A DNA stretch of 64,000 nucleotides from assembly GCA_965644265.1 (NCBI GenBank), contig OZ286462.1:38254001-38318000 (forward strand), given 5' to 3'. Positions 1 to 12,055 of this stretch are shown one piece after another. This DNA comes from Glycera tridactyla (Eukaryota). How positions within the stretch are numbered: position 1 is the stretch's first letter; each line of letters begins with the position of its first letter. The position numbers and the translations under genes were made by a program. The notes under the pieces were generated by a model. That model was not told the DNA's origin. It did not search any database and saw only the letters and a program-made list of their open reading frames with translations.

Positions 1-237
1 GGATGAGAAATGAGCATGCCAGCAGGATATGATGATGCTCAACACCCCTTGGAGACTACGGGGCCGATACATATTTCACCCAGGATGACTACTGATGACT
101 CGTGTACGTGCAGTTTCTTAGACATTGATATCTTTGTTGCCTGTGTTACTTTAAACTATTATCCAAACTTTTTATTCAAAACCTACCATCAATATGTATA
201 AGACCAAGTTAGTCACTGTCATAACTTCTGTGATGAT

Positions 238-620
238 TGATTGATTGATTGTTTGTTTGTGACTTAATGGCATGTATCAATGATACATGATTTATCTATG
301 ACATGTGTTCCTCATCATCACTAGCTGGATGACCTGTTTCTTGCAGGCATCACTTTCACAAACCCTAAACAGTATATGACTTGTTTGTTTGTGACCTAAT
401 GGGATGTATCAACTGAAGGATTACCTTTGACATTCGTCCCTCATCAACACCAGCTGGATGACCTGTTTATGGCAGGCATCACTTTCACAAACCTTAAACA
501 CAAGATGACTGAGAACAAGAAAGGCTTTCAAGTGGAAGTATTTGTAGCTGACATCTCAGAAATAAGCAGAATACCAGATCCATGAACATCATTGACTCTG
601 CCCACTCATCACAAAACATC
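238..620. mobile_element. SINE-like dispersed repeat family A, two tandem partial copies
   Basis: Two ~135-bp units (240-372, 378-500) share TTGTTTGTTTGTGAC...CTGGATGACCTGTTT...GCAGGCATCACTTTCACAAACC. They begin with a (TGAT)n/(TTGT)n microsatellite, and the CACAAACCCT(G/A)AA core recurs at 11.6, 20.7 and 50.2 kb. Confidence 0.65.
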
Positions 621-2433
621 GATGGATCTCTGAATCTCTGGGGATCCAGCCTCATTTCATGGGTGTTGCCTGCAGAATTCAAACATTCACAAATTCAGAT
701 GATCTCCTCTTTATGCCATTCATGGAGTAATGGTGAATGTAATAGAGAATGATCTTTGAATACATCAACTGGGGTTCAACAAGGTGGAGTACTGCGAGAT
801 GATTATCTAAAGTGATGAGGTGAAGGTCAACCAAGTCAGAGAAATTTAGAAAGTGGCACAATATTACTAGTTTCACACAACTCTATTAAACTTTTTCTGG
901 CTCAATTATTTATAATTGATTGTTTGTTAAAGGCTTTCACCTTGATTCTTCATCTCTTCTCCCTTGTTATCCCCTTCTGCCTCACATGGTATGAAGCTTG
1001 AAGGACACCCAGTGAACAGGGATTCACTAAGGAATCGATCCAATTGATCGAATACAGTTTCAATTCTATCAATCAATGTTAACTCCTTGGAATCAATTTT
1101 ATGTATTCCATCATTGAAAAGACTGACTTCATGATGAGATGTTTTTCCCCCTCAAGCTAAATATGAATTTGGCGGTTGAATGCAAAAAATGGCAAGAAAT
1201 CTCTTGATCAAAGTGAGAGAATCCTATAAGAAGAGTTTCATGATCTCACGAAGTTGAGCTGGCTCCTTTTGTGGAGAAAGCACCAGTGAGATTTGCCTAA
1301 ACAGCCTTCACTGTAGACCAGTAGAGGCACATATATATTCCCTTTTCCACTGTAAATACTGCTTGCAACTAATACATCCCAGAATCATTTTATAAAAGAC
1401 ATCTTATGTTTGTCTATACAGATGTGAGAATTGACAGGATTGGCCTACACCGATGAAAACACAGCCATAAAGAACAATTTGCCATTGGACACAATGCGGT
1501 AAATCAGGTGATAAGATTGGTTTTACGAGTCGAGTATCGACATTTAAGCATCACCCAGCATTGCGAAAAGTTAACCTCAATCAAGATGATGGCAGTGGGA
1601 GTGTTGCAATCTCGGACGAAAAAACAACGGTGGCGGCACATACAAATAGTTCCCTTTAAATAATGGGGAACCAGTCCGCTCTATATATGAATCAAAAGTC
1701 TGGCACCTGACAAACTGACGGATGACGAGATCAGCTGGTTTCCTGACATGTCTGTCTATTCCTGAGATGTCTTACGGACTTCCTCTCACACTGCCGAGAT
1801 GACAATATCCTGACTGCCTTCACCTGCTGCCATTTGCACACAATTTCACATTTGTAATGGTGGGAGGGGCAGGTGCATCATGTCTGACTTTTATCAGTGC
1901 ATCGAATTTTTCTCAACATTCCCTGTGACAAATATTCATTGGAGACAACCTATGGGACTCATTATTCACTCAAATTCAAAACATCGAAAACTGTTTTTTT
2001 TTTAGGTAAGAAGTTCACGGTACTCACAGTGTAGAAGCTTCTTTGTGGAAGCATGAAAAACTGGTTATGAAACTGTTATTCTACATTGGCAAAAGTAGAT
2101 AGAATATGGACACTGGACAGAGTGGATACTGAGCAACCGTGAGAAAGTATATCAAAAGCCCTAAGTTGAGAGAAGATAAATGTATCCTGGAAATACAACG
2201 GTATTCAAACCTGATCTAAGCACCACCCTTTGTGTGTGTGTGTGTGGGGGGGGGGGATGTTGAGCTCAGGCTGGTAATGATAGGAGAATTATAGTGAGAA
2301 TATATCTGGTGGGAAATTCAAAAGTGGGTGTTTGGGACATGATAAACTACATCCTAGATCCCTCTTGACTTTCTCAACTCAAAGTGTCCTCTTTGTCAGT
2401 GACAATGACAATGATAAATCTTGATTTATACAG

Positions 2434-2720
2434 GGGAGGGCAGAGGAATTACAATGCTGATAAAATTATTAAAAAACATGATTATACATGCAGTCATGCC
2501 AAAGCATGGTATGCTGCTGCTACCTGTGTAACAGTTTCTATTCTAGTTATCATGTTAGTGATTAAATAACGGATTTTCATTTCAGTCCAGCTCACAGAAT
2601 GTTTCTTATAGTTAGGAGTAAGTGTATTTTGGCATATGGATGGCTAGGTGCATGTATTTTCTGATGTTCATTTTATATGTTTCAGATGATGTCGAGCGTG
2701 TGTGCATACAGGGAAGATAG
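2434..2720 (+). pseudogene. Three-exon fragment (2434-2508, 2586-2617, 2686-2720), possible decayed WRKY/FLYWCH-like zinc finger
   Basis: Introns of 77 nt (GTATGC...TTTCATTTCAG) and 68 nt (GTAAGT...TATGTTTCAG) join in frame to give GGQRNYNADKIIKKHDYTCSHAKACPAHRMFLIVRNDVERVCIQGR*. Confidence 0.3.
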
Positions 2721-2932
2721 AATCTCGTGACAGTCAGAGAGGCGTTTCAATTGTGGCATTTGCAAAACTATGAGGCTCTGTTGCTTCGAAAACAGTTCAT
2801 GTGAACATCCATGCCTATGTCCTATTCAACTATCTGCTTAAGTATATGATAAAAATTTCTGAAGAAAAACATATCCCTTGTTGTCTTTGAATCAGATAAG
2901 GTAATATGATTGAACTTGTATCTATCATTCCA

Positions 2933-3135
2933 TCACAAATGGATCTTAGGGAACAAGTTTGAAGGAATCCATGGTATCTGCTTTGATATGGCTTCCAGCA
3001 TATCATATGCATTCACATAGGGCAGAGAGTTTCTGAGCTCAATTTCAACTTTGACAGTGTATCTTCTCCTGGGATTAGATGGCATATACTCATACCTAAC
3101 AGATTTGACATGACACATTTTGAATGACCTCCATG
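2933..3135 (-). CDS. Candidate terminal exon, unknown product
   Basis: Acceptor ATTTCTGTACAG. The frame is open to a stop: (A)WRSFKMCHVKSVRYEYMPSNPRRRYTVKVEIELRNSLPYVNAYDMLEAISKQIPWIPSNLFPKIHL*. It is phase-compatible with exon 5966-6000. Confidence 0.25.
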
Positions 3136-4766
3136 CTGTACAGAAATATGCTTAATGGAAGGCCAATTTTGTATGGCAAAAAGCCCAAGCGTCATTTCAT
3201 GCGATGGCGCTGAAGACAATCTACATGGCAAATATGCATGCATACTTGCATGTAAATGCATGGACTCACATACATGTGATCCGATATGTCCCTCCATTGT
3301 AGCGTTGATAAATGTTATACTTTACCTGATTACAATAGCTGCCATGTTATATTAGTTGGTGTGACTAATGGAGCACTACTCTGCCCCATTATACTAGATG
3401 CTCATTATCAACCTACATGCCTCATCTTCACCCACAGGCACAGCAACCATGCACTTGATAAAGCTCTGTGCTCTGTACAATTCGTTCTGTTTATTAAACA
3501 ATGATCATTCTTATCTGTTTCACTTGAAGGATACAGCCGGCCATTAATTCATGTTATCCTCAAATGAGGCACTGATATGAAAAATATTGATCAATTACTC
3601 TGTATATCAACACCATAAAAAGCACACTAGCGACACTCTTTTGTTGTATGTGCTAATGCACCCACCTCTAATTTATCATTTTTTATGGAGCAACTAGCCA
3701 GACTTACCATATTCAGTTGAATATATTTTTTGTTGAGAATGCCGTTTGTTTCTTAGCATTCATTCATTTGGATTGGGTGCAAATGAGGCTCCCTGTAACT
3801 AGACCCATTATGCCTTCCAATCAGAATTGATTCCAAAGGTCATGAACAGAATTACAAGAACTGGTATTCTTGATTCCCCAATGCAAATGAGCAATATTTA
3901 GATTATGCCTAAATTTCTGTGTGCCCTAACCCATTAGATTCTATCCAATTATGGTGGATAGCATGTGACATCCGGGCTCATCATTTTTGGCTGTATGTGC
4001 CACTTTCTTACTTTAATGAGTCTTGTGATGCAAGGTGTGGAGTCAGGATCTCCCTGCGCACAAAATGAGACCAATCATACTGACAGGAATCAGCTCTCTC
4101 TTTTCAACTAAGTCATGTATGTGTATATACATAAGGCATATAGAATCTCTCATCAAATTTTGAACTGTCCCATTTGTCTGGAAGTACTTGGGACAAATTA
4201 TATCAATCCCTCTAATTAGAGGTCCAAAAGATGTCAGAATTCCATAACAGTCGAACCTACACTGTGAGTAACCTTAATCTGAGGTTTTCTACCAGTGTGC
4301 AGACTAAGATATGAAACATCAAGCATTTCATTCCTGCAAGATGAGAAATTGTCTTATCTTGCCCAGAATTGCCCCATATGTTTGAGGTAGTTTGGGACAT
4401 TTGTCTTATTCACTTCTCTACTCAGGAATTTCACTGTGAAAAGTAGTTACAGAATATGCTAATGAAGAGTTCTGCTTCATGACGAAACATCTGCCAATGG
4501 AAAATCTGGCAGATAAAGAGTGCAGCTGTATCATGCAAGCCTCTCATTGCCCACAATTAACAAGGCAGTCATATGAACTGCCACCTTATCTGTAGGCCAC
4601 ACAATCTCGGCAATACAAACTCTTTGTCTACTCCTCATGCAGTCCACATGCCATTTGCTACTCATCCATGACCTTGCTTTTCGGATTAACCCAATAAAGA
4701 GATCATTGTTGGTCAACAAATAAAACAATAGACAATTTTCCTGTTACTTTTGCCTAAACCTGTTTA

Positions 4767-4947
4767 TACAGTCAAACTTGTCATAAGCATGAAGCCGCAG
4801 GGTGTGAAAAATGTGTGTGATTAGAGCAAGTTCATGCTTAGTACAGGTTGAATATAGTGAAAAATGCTCTGGGGGATGAACAGAATTTTGTTGCTTAGAA
4901 CAAGTTCTTGCTTAGTACAAGCCTTGCTCAGGACAAATTCAACTGTA
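4767..4947. mobile_element. MITE family D (Tc1/mariner-like, TA TSD), inserted in a family C MITE
   Basis: TA-CAGTCAAACTTGTC ... GACAAATTCAACTG-TA; internal CTTAG motifs are shared with copies at 27706 and 42310. Confidence 0.8.
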
Positions 4948-5106
4948 ATGGCCACCTTTGGTTGCAAAAATAGATGACCTCTGTAGGCAGGTTACCTTTG
5001 TAATGACGTCATTCAGTGTTGAAAATATCAGGGTCGCAGCTCAGAGTAGCCTTTGTAGGTAGGTTGTCTTTATAGATAGGTTGTCTCTTGAGCAGGTCCG
5101 GCTGTA
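4948..5106. mobile_element. MITE family C, right part; its left end AAACCTGTTTA lies at ~4756-4766
   Basis: ATGGCCACC...GTTGAAAATA...GCAGCTCAGAGTAGCC...GAGCAGGTCCGGCTGTA is similar to the family C copies at 6270 and 51749. Confidence 0.7.
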
Positions 5107-5965
5107 CTACAGAAAATGTATAGAGGGTCTCACTAGATTGTTTGATGCCTCAAACCTTTTGTCTACAGCCTTTTTAGGACTAAGATAGCTTGAAGTCTTT
5201 CACCATTTTGAGATCCACCAAAAGTGTGATAAAAAACTGATACAGATTATAAACATTCGCTGAACTAGTGTGCAGAATGGTCACTTTTAAGGACACAAAA
5301 ATGCAGATCACAATGGTGTCAAGTAGGCTCAGAAAGGAGGCAAGGACAAGATGTGTTTGCAATGTGGCTGCTTGTGACATCGACCCTTAAGACAGCTTCT
5401 GATCAAGACTCCTACCAACATCTGTTGTGGAGATGTTCATCGGCTCTCCTATTCAACTGCACAGGACCATACAGTATTACCATGTGTATTGGCCTGAATA
5501 CCAGGGAATATTCTTCTGAACTCCATTTCAATATTGAAATTAATCTTGGAAAAAATTATCAATACTACATAAGGGTGTTGAAGAAAAGATGAGAAGTGTG
5601 TCATCGAAAATGCTACGAAGTAATTTGACGGCGATATAGACACAGATGCTGACAGAGTAGGCACGGGGTAATTACCAAACCTGCCACTAGGAAGTGCATG
5701 TGATGTATGAAAATCAATCTCTCCAATGTATTCAGATAAAATAATAGCCAGTAATTGACCAGTTTGTAAACATAAACTTTCAAATGATATAACATCTTAT
5801 TGTAAATTGCTTACAATCTAGAATTCATTTCTAATGGCTTGTACAATTAATCTTCCATTATTTCTTTCATTCCATTAGATGATTCATTGATTATTTTATC
5901 CGCGGAGGATTTGTCCAATCAGTCATTCATTGGATCACCATATAGAGAATCACAAGAGCACATAC

Positions 5966-6000
5966 CTTTTTCATATAAGATCAGAGATATTTCAGGCAAT
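5966..6000 (-). CDS. Candidate internal micro-exon (35 nt), peptide LPEISLILYEK
   Basis: Strong acceptor TTCTGTTTCTTTCTCTGTTACAG and donor AAG|GTATGT. Only one frame is open (phase 2 to 1). Confidence 0.4.
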
Positions 6001-6269
6001 CTGTAACAGAGAAAGAAACAGAATTTCGATGAGGTCAATTGATTTCAGTCTTCTTCAGACCTCTACATAGAAACTTGTGGACAAGAGAATCACTTCTGAT
6101 TTTAATAGATAATGCACAATATTTCCTGGAAGTCGATTCAATGAACATATTTGATTACTTACTGAGTTGGAAAGATTAGAGCAAATATGAATCATATACA
6201 GGGTAGCCAAGTGGGTGCCAACTGGGGAATCAAAGGATATCTGTGTATATGGGAGTCAGATCCTTTATG

Positions 6270-6442
6270 TACAGTCAAACCTCTCCATAAAGACTGCCTT
6301 CTGTTGCACAGAAAATAGGGAGGTGGTCTTTATGGAGAGGTCATTTACTGTTGAGAATAATACCATGACTGCAGCTCAGGGTGGCCTTTACAGAGACATG
6401 GCATTTATAGGGAGGTGGTCTTCAAAGGAAGGTTGACCATAC
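6270..6442. mobile_element. MITE family C
   Basis: TACAGTCAAACCTCTCCATAAAGAC ... GGAGGTGGTCTT ... GGTTGACCATA (degenerate right TIR). Confidence 0.75.
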
Positions 6443-6645
6443 ATGAAAGAGCCATTGGTGTCATTCCCAAAGTGTAGGGGATTGTCTCCAGGTGCGATGA
6501 CTCTTCTCTTCAGCGTTTTCAGTGCAATATAACCCAGTGAGATTGAGAGGATGTTCATCATAAACAAACAAATGAATTCTTGGATGAAGATACTATAAGA
6601 TGGCAGACTGATGCAGCAGCTGCTGATGCTACGGAGGCAGCACAA
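6443..6645 (-). CDS. Candidate exon encoding a hydrophobic segment, unknown product
   Basis: Acceptor TATTGACAG; open 67 codons LCCLRSISSCCISLPSYSIFIQEFICLFMMNILSISLGYIALKTLKRRVIAPGDNPLHFGNDTNGSF. The donor GTATGG overlaps the MITE end. Confidence 0.22.
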
Positions 6646-7619
6646 CTGTCAATATCATGTACATACATAAATATCACAAAGGAGATGCAATCAGATGGCA
6701 AATCCCGCTGTTGTACTGCAAGTGACAGCAATAAACAGCACATATCATCATTAATGCATACATATCTGACAAGCATATGATAAACATCATCATGCCTTAC
6801 TAGTGTCTGCCGATACTGTCCATCTCATCGCAGACCTATGCTGACAGCTTCTGTCTGGCCTCCGAATAGAATTATGCGACATTGTACCTTGGGCTATTCC
6901 CCTAATTCATGCCATTCTTTGAACAGCAGCTGATCTCTCATGAATTGTATTTGGTTTATTTCTTTCTTCCACTTTGCTGTCCTAGTCCAATCGGGCAGCA
7001 ATCTCTCCAGCAAGATTTGAACAAATTCATGCAGATCAAGAAAGCACACAGGTTTCTGAAGGCATACTAGTGTACTGAAACTATACCATGCAATATCAGT
7101 CAGGCAAGTAGTTGTGTAATCCTGCTTGGGATGAAGGTATATAGGGCATTGATCAATTGATCAATTTGTGCGAGTATTGTGGTAAGAGGCCGTGTTCAGG
7201 TCCTTATGACCACTTGATCATGTGGATGGTTGCTAGGCACCAGTCACAGGTGAAGAAAATTGCATATAGCACGCACCTTTATACATCGGGACAAATGTAG
7301 GTGCAGGTGGCAAAGCCGCAATACATCACACGTCCTCATTCACACATTCACAAAGGGTGTCAAATCTTCTTGGGTGTATGACATTTGATTTGCACAGTTT
7401 ATGACATGAGGTTAATGCGTCAACAGAATGTTCTTATAACCAAAATGGCCACAGAACGTGCCTACCAAAGGCGTGCCTTATAACCGTATCTGACTTGTCT
7501 TCCGGAAAGCAGCAGTGAAATATTTTAGCGTGATTTAATAAATGGATGTTGTGTGGATTTGGAGCAACTGTAAGCATAAATCACCTGCGTGTCTGCAGAC
7601 AACAGGACAATGGCTGCCA

Positions 7620-7745
7620 TAGTCATGTGACTAGATCTTTGTGTCACATGACCATGAGGACCTAGGTCACATGATGTGGTCAATAGGTCAAAATGTGCCC
7701 TGTCATCAAGCTGTCAACACGAACACGGAAAACGGAAGCAGTGAT
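7620..7745. promoter_or_regulatory. Cluster of three E-box/M-box motifs plus an ETS-like site
   Basis: GTCATGTGAC 7622-7631, GTCACATGAC 7643-7652, GTCACATGAT 7666-7675, and ACGGAAG near 7731. Confidence 0.35.
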
Positions 7746-8109
7746 GTGTGACAAATATGGTCGGCATGCAATATCTGACAAACAGTTTCCCCATCATCCC
7801 CCGAGAGACCTCCTTACCAATCAACTACCAATTTCAGGCCATTTCTCCTTCTCCGGCATTATGCTCAAATCAGGGCTGACAATAACCAAATGATGCTCTA
7901 TCACAGGTTCCATCCAAGACCTTCCCCAAAACATCTGGTTTTCCCCAGAATGCTTTCTTGCAACCAAGTTTTATATTTATTAGGTGGGCTCATCATATGA
8001 AGATTATTTCAATGACGATATGTTCCGTCTCAAGTGACCAAAGACCTCTTCATTTGAACTGCTGCTTGAGATGGTCTAACTACATGACCATATCATAAAC
8101 ATTTCATCC

Positions 8110-8242
8110 TACAGTGAACCCTTTCTCAGGGCAGCATTTTTATTTGACATAGTCAAATATACCTCCTACGAGAGACCACCTCTTCTGAGAGACTGTGTTT
8201 TGGTGATATTTAGGGCAGTCTCTCACCACAGGTTTCACTGTA
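8110..8242. mobile_element. MITE family B (internally deleted)
   Basis: TACAGTGAACC ... TTTGACATAGTCAAATATACCTC ... GAGAGACCACC ... GGTTTCACTGTA. Confidence 0.8.
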
Positions 8243-9172
8243 TCGGAATACAATTGTTCAAGTTCCTCTCTATATTGTCATGGTTTCCTCTATAGTTTAG
8301 TAATTTAGCTATAGCTAATCAGTTAAGTCAAATGCTAAGGAAAAATGTAATTTGCCAAAATAATTCAGTAAAGCATGTTTCAATCCTGGTTGCAGGAAAG
8401 TATTGTGGATGAATCTTTCTCTTTTTTCATTTTGGTAAAATAAATTGCAAAAGAAATTGATTTGGCAAAAGAATGCCAGTAATTTTCCATTTTGGTAAAG
8501 TGGTTTGCTGAAATGCTTTTTGATCCCAACAAAGTGCTTTATGAATCTCTAAGAAACTAAAAAAATTCCATTCCGCTACAGTTATTCACTAAGAGGAAAT
8601 AGAATATCAGTTGGATGTTCCCTACTATACAACAGAAGATGCATATTCAATCATCTGAACCTCCTGCATGAATTTGTCATTGAATTCCAGAAGAATGACA
8701 CAGAATGTGATACAAATGCTGAAAGTCTAGGCCGTGGAAATCGGTGGAGAATGATGAGAGATCACTCAGTGGTTGGAGAAGTGGAAAGATGGCGGCCGTT
8801 TCTGTCAGCAGCACCTTCATCTGTAACATCACACAGACATCAATATGTCAGATGAATGAAGGGTGATGTATCCAGGCAACCGCATCTGTCTATCCATCCT
8901 CTGACAACATACCAATCTCCCCAAGACTTTCAGACTCCCTGAATTAGCAATTTAGGAAGTTGCTGTGACAATGCCATGAGAGCAAAGTGACTGAAAGACT
9001 CAGCCAATATTGGAGTTGTCTGGCCATAGACTAAATTGAACACTACTGAAATTACAAGTGCTGGTGAAGAGAAGCAGCCCGTTTCTCAAGATGTGGGGAC
9101 ATATAGGAACTTCTGTTGAATGAATCTAGACCGACCAGTCATTTGAGGGGCTACCAAGATGAGAGACAACAT

Positions 9173-9499
9173 NNNNNNNNNNNNNNNNNNNNNNNNNNNN
9201 NNNNNNNNNNNNNNNNNNNNNNNNNNNNNNNNNNNNNNNNNNNNNNNNNNNNNNNNNNNNNNNNNNNNNNNNNNNNNNNNNNNNNNNNNNNNNNNNNNNN
9301 NNNGAATGAGTGAGGGAGGGAGAGATTGTGTGAGAGTGAGACNNNNNNNNNNNNNNNNNNNNNNNNNNNNNNNNNNNNNNNNNNNNNNNNNNNNNNNNNN
9401 NNNNNNNNNNNNNNNNNNNNNNNNNNNNNNNNNNNNNNNNNNNNNNNNNNNNNNNNNNNNNNNNNNNNNNNNNNNNNNNNNNNNNNNNNNNNNNNNNNN
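9173..9499. other. Two N-runs (9173-9303, 9343-9499) around a GA-rich island
   Basis: Runs of n visible in the sequence; the ORFs that span them are artefacts. Confidence 0.95.
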
Positions 9500-10549
9500 C
9501 TCCACCCGAGTAGTGCAACACATGAAGGTAAAGCAAACATACACATCATGTGCAGGGGAGTACACTGCTGGGCACAGCAAACTCTGGGTTATTGGGGTGT
9601 TACCAAAGACCCCTTCATGCAATACAAGAAACAAAATGCATCAAGCCATGGTTCTGTTGCATGTGGAATGGTCCAGAGAAAGAATTGATTCTCATTTACT
9701 CAAAGGGATTTTATGAGCTTTGTGGGGACCATGAAAGTCAAGCTGCACCCAAGTTCCGTGACGATCACAGCCATAAAGATTGTTCCTCAATGATGTAGGG
9801 GTGAAAAAAGTAATGAATTGTCGCCTCCTGATCAATCATCTGAACTAATTACCTGAATTAACTGGCATCAAGTTGATGCTGGCCAATTCTCAACTGCCTA
9901 TTCTCTGATTTATCCTATTATGCTGAAAGTGGTTCATGTGTTGTGCATTGAATCATTTCAAATCAGAAAGCGATTATGAAGGACGGAAACATGTTCTTGA
10001 TTCTTATGTCCCGTTCAAGATATAGACACCAGAGATCGGTATTTGACAGTTGATTGTATATTTGTGGAGGAATGATCTATAGAAGAGTGATCTTGGAAAA
10101 TTGCTTCTATACTGTGTGTGAAATATTATCACAGGCTTGTTTGACCCTAGTTGGACTCTCCAATCAAGCTTGATGTTTGAGCATATACTAACTGTGAAAT
10201 CACTTTAGACCAGGTCCAACAGCATCCGTGGAGAATGCAACAAGTGTTTTTCATGGGGAGCCACACACATGCAGATTGAGTGGATGATTTATTGATTCAA
10301 TCAATGGATCGTATTTCACTGAGCTTTTCAGAAAGCAGACCCAAAAGACAATGAGAAATGACATTCATGTTTCCTGCACACAATCGTGTAGGACCTGCTG
10401 AGATCTGATCTCTCTTCCTCTGCATATATATCACTGTATGGTTGTTAGGTGATATCCATAGATATTTCATATGTATTTCAAACATGAAATGAAATCTGAA
10501 ATATCCAACCTCAGTAAAGTTCGCAAAAAAGTAGGATATTCGTGGAGAC

Positions 10550-11075
10550 CACCCTTTTCTCTTGTGTGGACTTCTCTGTCTTTCTCTGGTGTGGATTCCT
10601 CTCAATTTTTCTGGGGCAGATTCCTCTCTCTTTCTTTTGTATGTGTTCCTCTCTTTTTCTCTGATGTGAACTCCTCTCTCTTTTCCTGATGTGGCTTCTT
10701 CTCTCTCTCTCTCTCTGGTGTGTGTTCCTCTTTCTTTCTCTGGTGTGGACTCCTCTCTCTTTCCCTGATGTAGCCTCCTCTCTCTTTCTTTGGTGTGGGC
10801 CTATCTCTCTTTCTCTGGTGTGGCTTCTCTCTTTCTTTCTCTGGTGTGGGTCGTTATCTCCCTCTCTGGTATGTGATCCTCTTTCATTCTCTGGTATGGA
10901 CTCCTCTCTCTTTCCCTGATGTGGCTCCCTCTCTCTTTCTATAGTGTCGGCCTTTCTCTTTTTCTCTGGCGTGGCCTCCTCTTTCTGTCTCTGGTGTGGG
11001 CCGTTCTCTCCTTCTCTAGTATGGTTTTCTCTCTCTTCCTCTGGTGTGGTCTTCTCTGTCTCCTGGTGTTGGTTC
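10550..11075. repeat. Degenerate CT-rich minisatellite, unit about TCCTCTCTCTTTTTCTCTGGTGTGG
   Basis: Many imperfect repeats of a (CT)n tract followed by CTGGTGTGG or CTGATGTG. Confidence 0.85.
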
Positions 11076-11526
11076 CTCTCAGTTCTCTAGAGCCAGATGG
11101 GCAGTGATGAGTTAACACATAGTTCACTGACCTGATCTGAATGAAAGATGAGGAAAGCAGACAGGAAAGGCCAAACTAAGGCATCCTCATGGCAACCATA
11201 TGTAGTCATTGGAAACACTCATACATCATCCCATTGTCCAGCATCATCTAGCATTCATCAGCATCACCTGTACCATAGCTTGCTGGATGAAAAGGGCACC
11301 TGCACCAACATCTACCCTGGATCTTCGATGCAAAAAGAATGAATTGGTTAGCCAAATCCTGTCAATCATCATATAGATAGCCACTATATGGGTGAAGTTT
11401 TGGCCCACCTCACCTATTTCCCCATGACCATTGGTGGATTGCTTGTTTTTGTAGTTGGTAGATAGGTAAATTGATTGGCATATGACAGGCCTCAACTGAT
11501 AGGATGCTGTATTTTGCATAATAAAA

Positions 11527-11800
11527 AATTGATTGATTGATTGTATGAGGTTTGTAGGCATACCCAGAGGATCATGTATGCTACAGTATTCCTGGTCAAT
11601 GAAAGCTGGAGACATCCCTCTCACAAACCCTGAATACGAGGTGATGAGGAACCCATTATTTTTTTTTCGATTGGGAGTAGCTGACGGTTTAGACACACTT
11701 CTAACTACTCAACATGTACATGGAGAACCTTGATAACGTATATATCCAACTATGTGACAGGCTGGAAGCTGACGCTCAAGCCTGATAGCAATGCTCAATT
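11527..11800. mobile_element. SINE-like family A copy
   Basis: (TTGA)n start, TCAATGAAAGCT, CTCACAAACCCTGAA and GCTGGAAGCTGAC.CTCAA.CCTGATAGCAATG are shared with the 50060-50345 copy. Confidence 0.7.
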
Positions 11801-11920
11801 TTTAGCAAAGCACAGAACGTGAAACAAGGATAATTGTTAGGTTCTGAGAAAATTCAACCAATGTCAGTTCATTTTTTTCAGAAAGAATATAGATGTCAAG
11901 GCATGTCTTGTCCCCTACAG

Positions 11921-12055
11921 GTACCATTGTCTGGGAGGCAAAACTAGTTGTCAATCCAGACCCACAGCTACCTACATCACCACAAAAGATGGCATTATAA
12001 ACAAGTCATATAGAAGCATCTTCAAGGAGAGACCCTACCAAGAATACCATATATT
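11921..12055 (+). CDS. Candidate symmetric (phase 2-2) exon, unknown product
   Basis: Acceptor GTCTTGTCCCCTACAG and donor ATT|GTAAGT. The single open frame reads YHCLGGKTSCQSRPTATYITTKDGIINKSYRSIFKERPYQEYHI. It could splice to an AG at 12228-12229, giving LWLQQKQNRRARQSNLPRDQAAKIQSQYN*. Confidence 0.3.

Noticed and set aside
2024-2080. Minus-strand exon with a GTGAGTA donor (similar sites at ~24590 and ~4260)
   Set aside because: ACACTGTGAGTA recurs beside MITE remnants, so the donor is probably repeat-derived.
8787-8870. AAGATGGCGGCC as a start/YY1 motif, and a minus-strand terminal exon DEGAADRNGRHLSTSPTTE*
   Set aside because: The plus frame stops after 25 codons with no good donor, and the minus exon has only a moderate acceptor and no independent support.
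9086-9716. Long ORFs in the track, also at 16551-17180 and 18096-18523
   Set aside because: They stay open only because N-runs are translated as X.
10297-11127. Leu/Ser/Phe-rich ORFs that look transmembrane (also 37544-38149)
   Set aside because: They are translations of CT-rich tandem repeats or of a MITE plus (TTTC)n.
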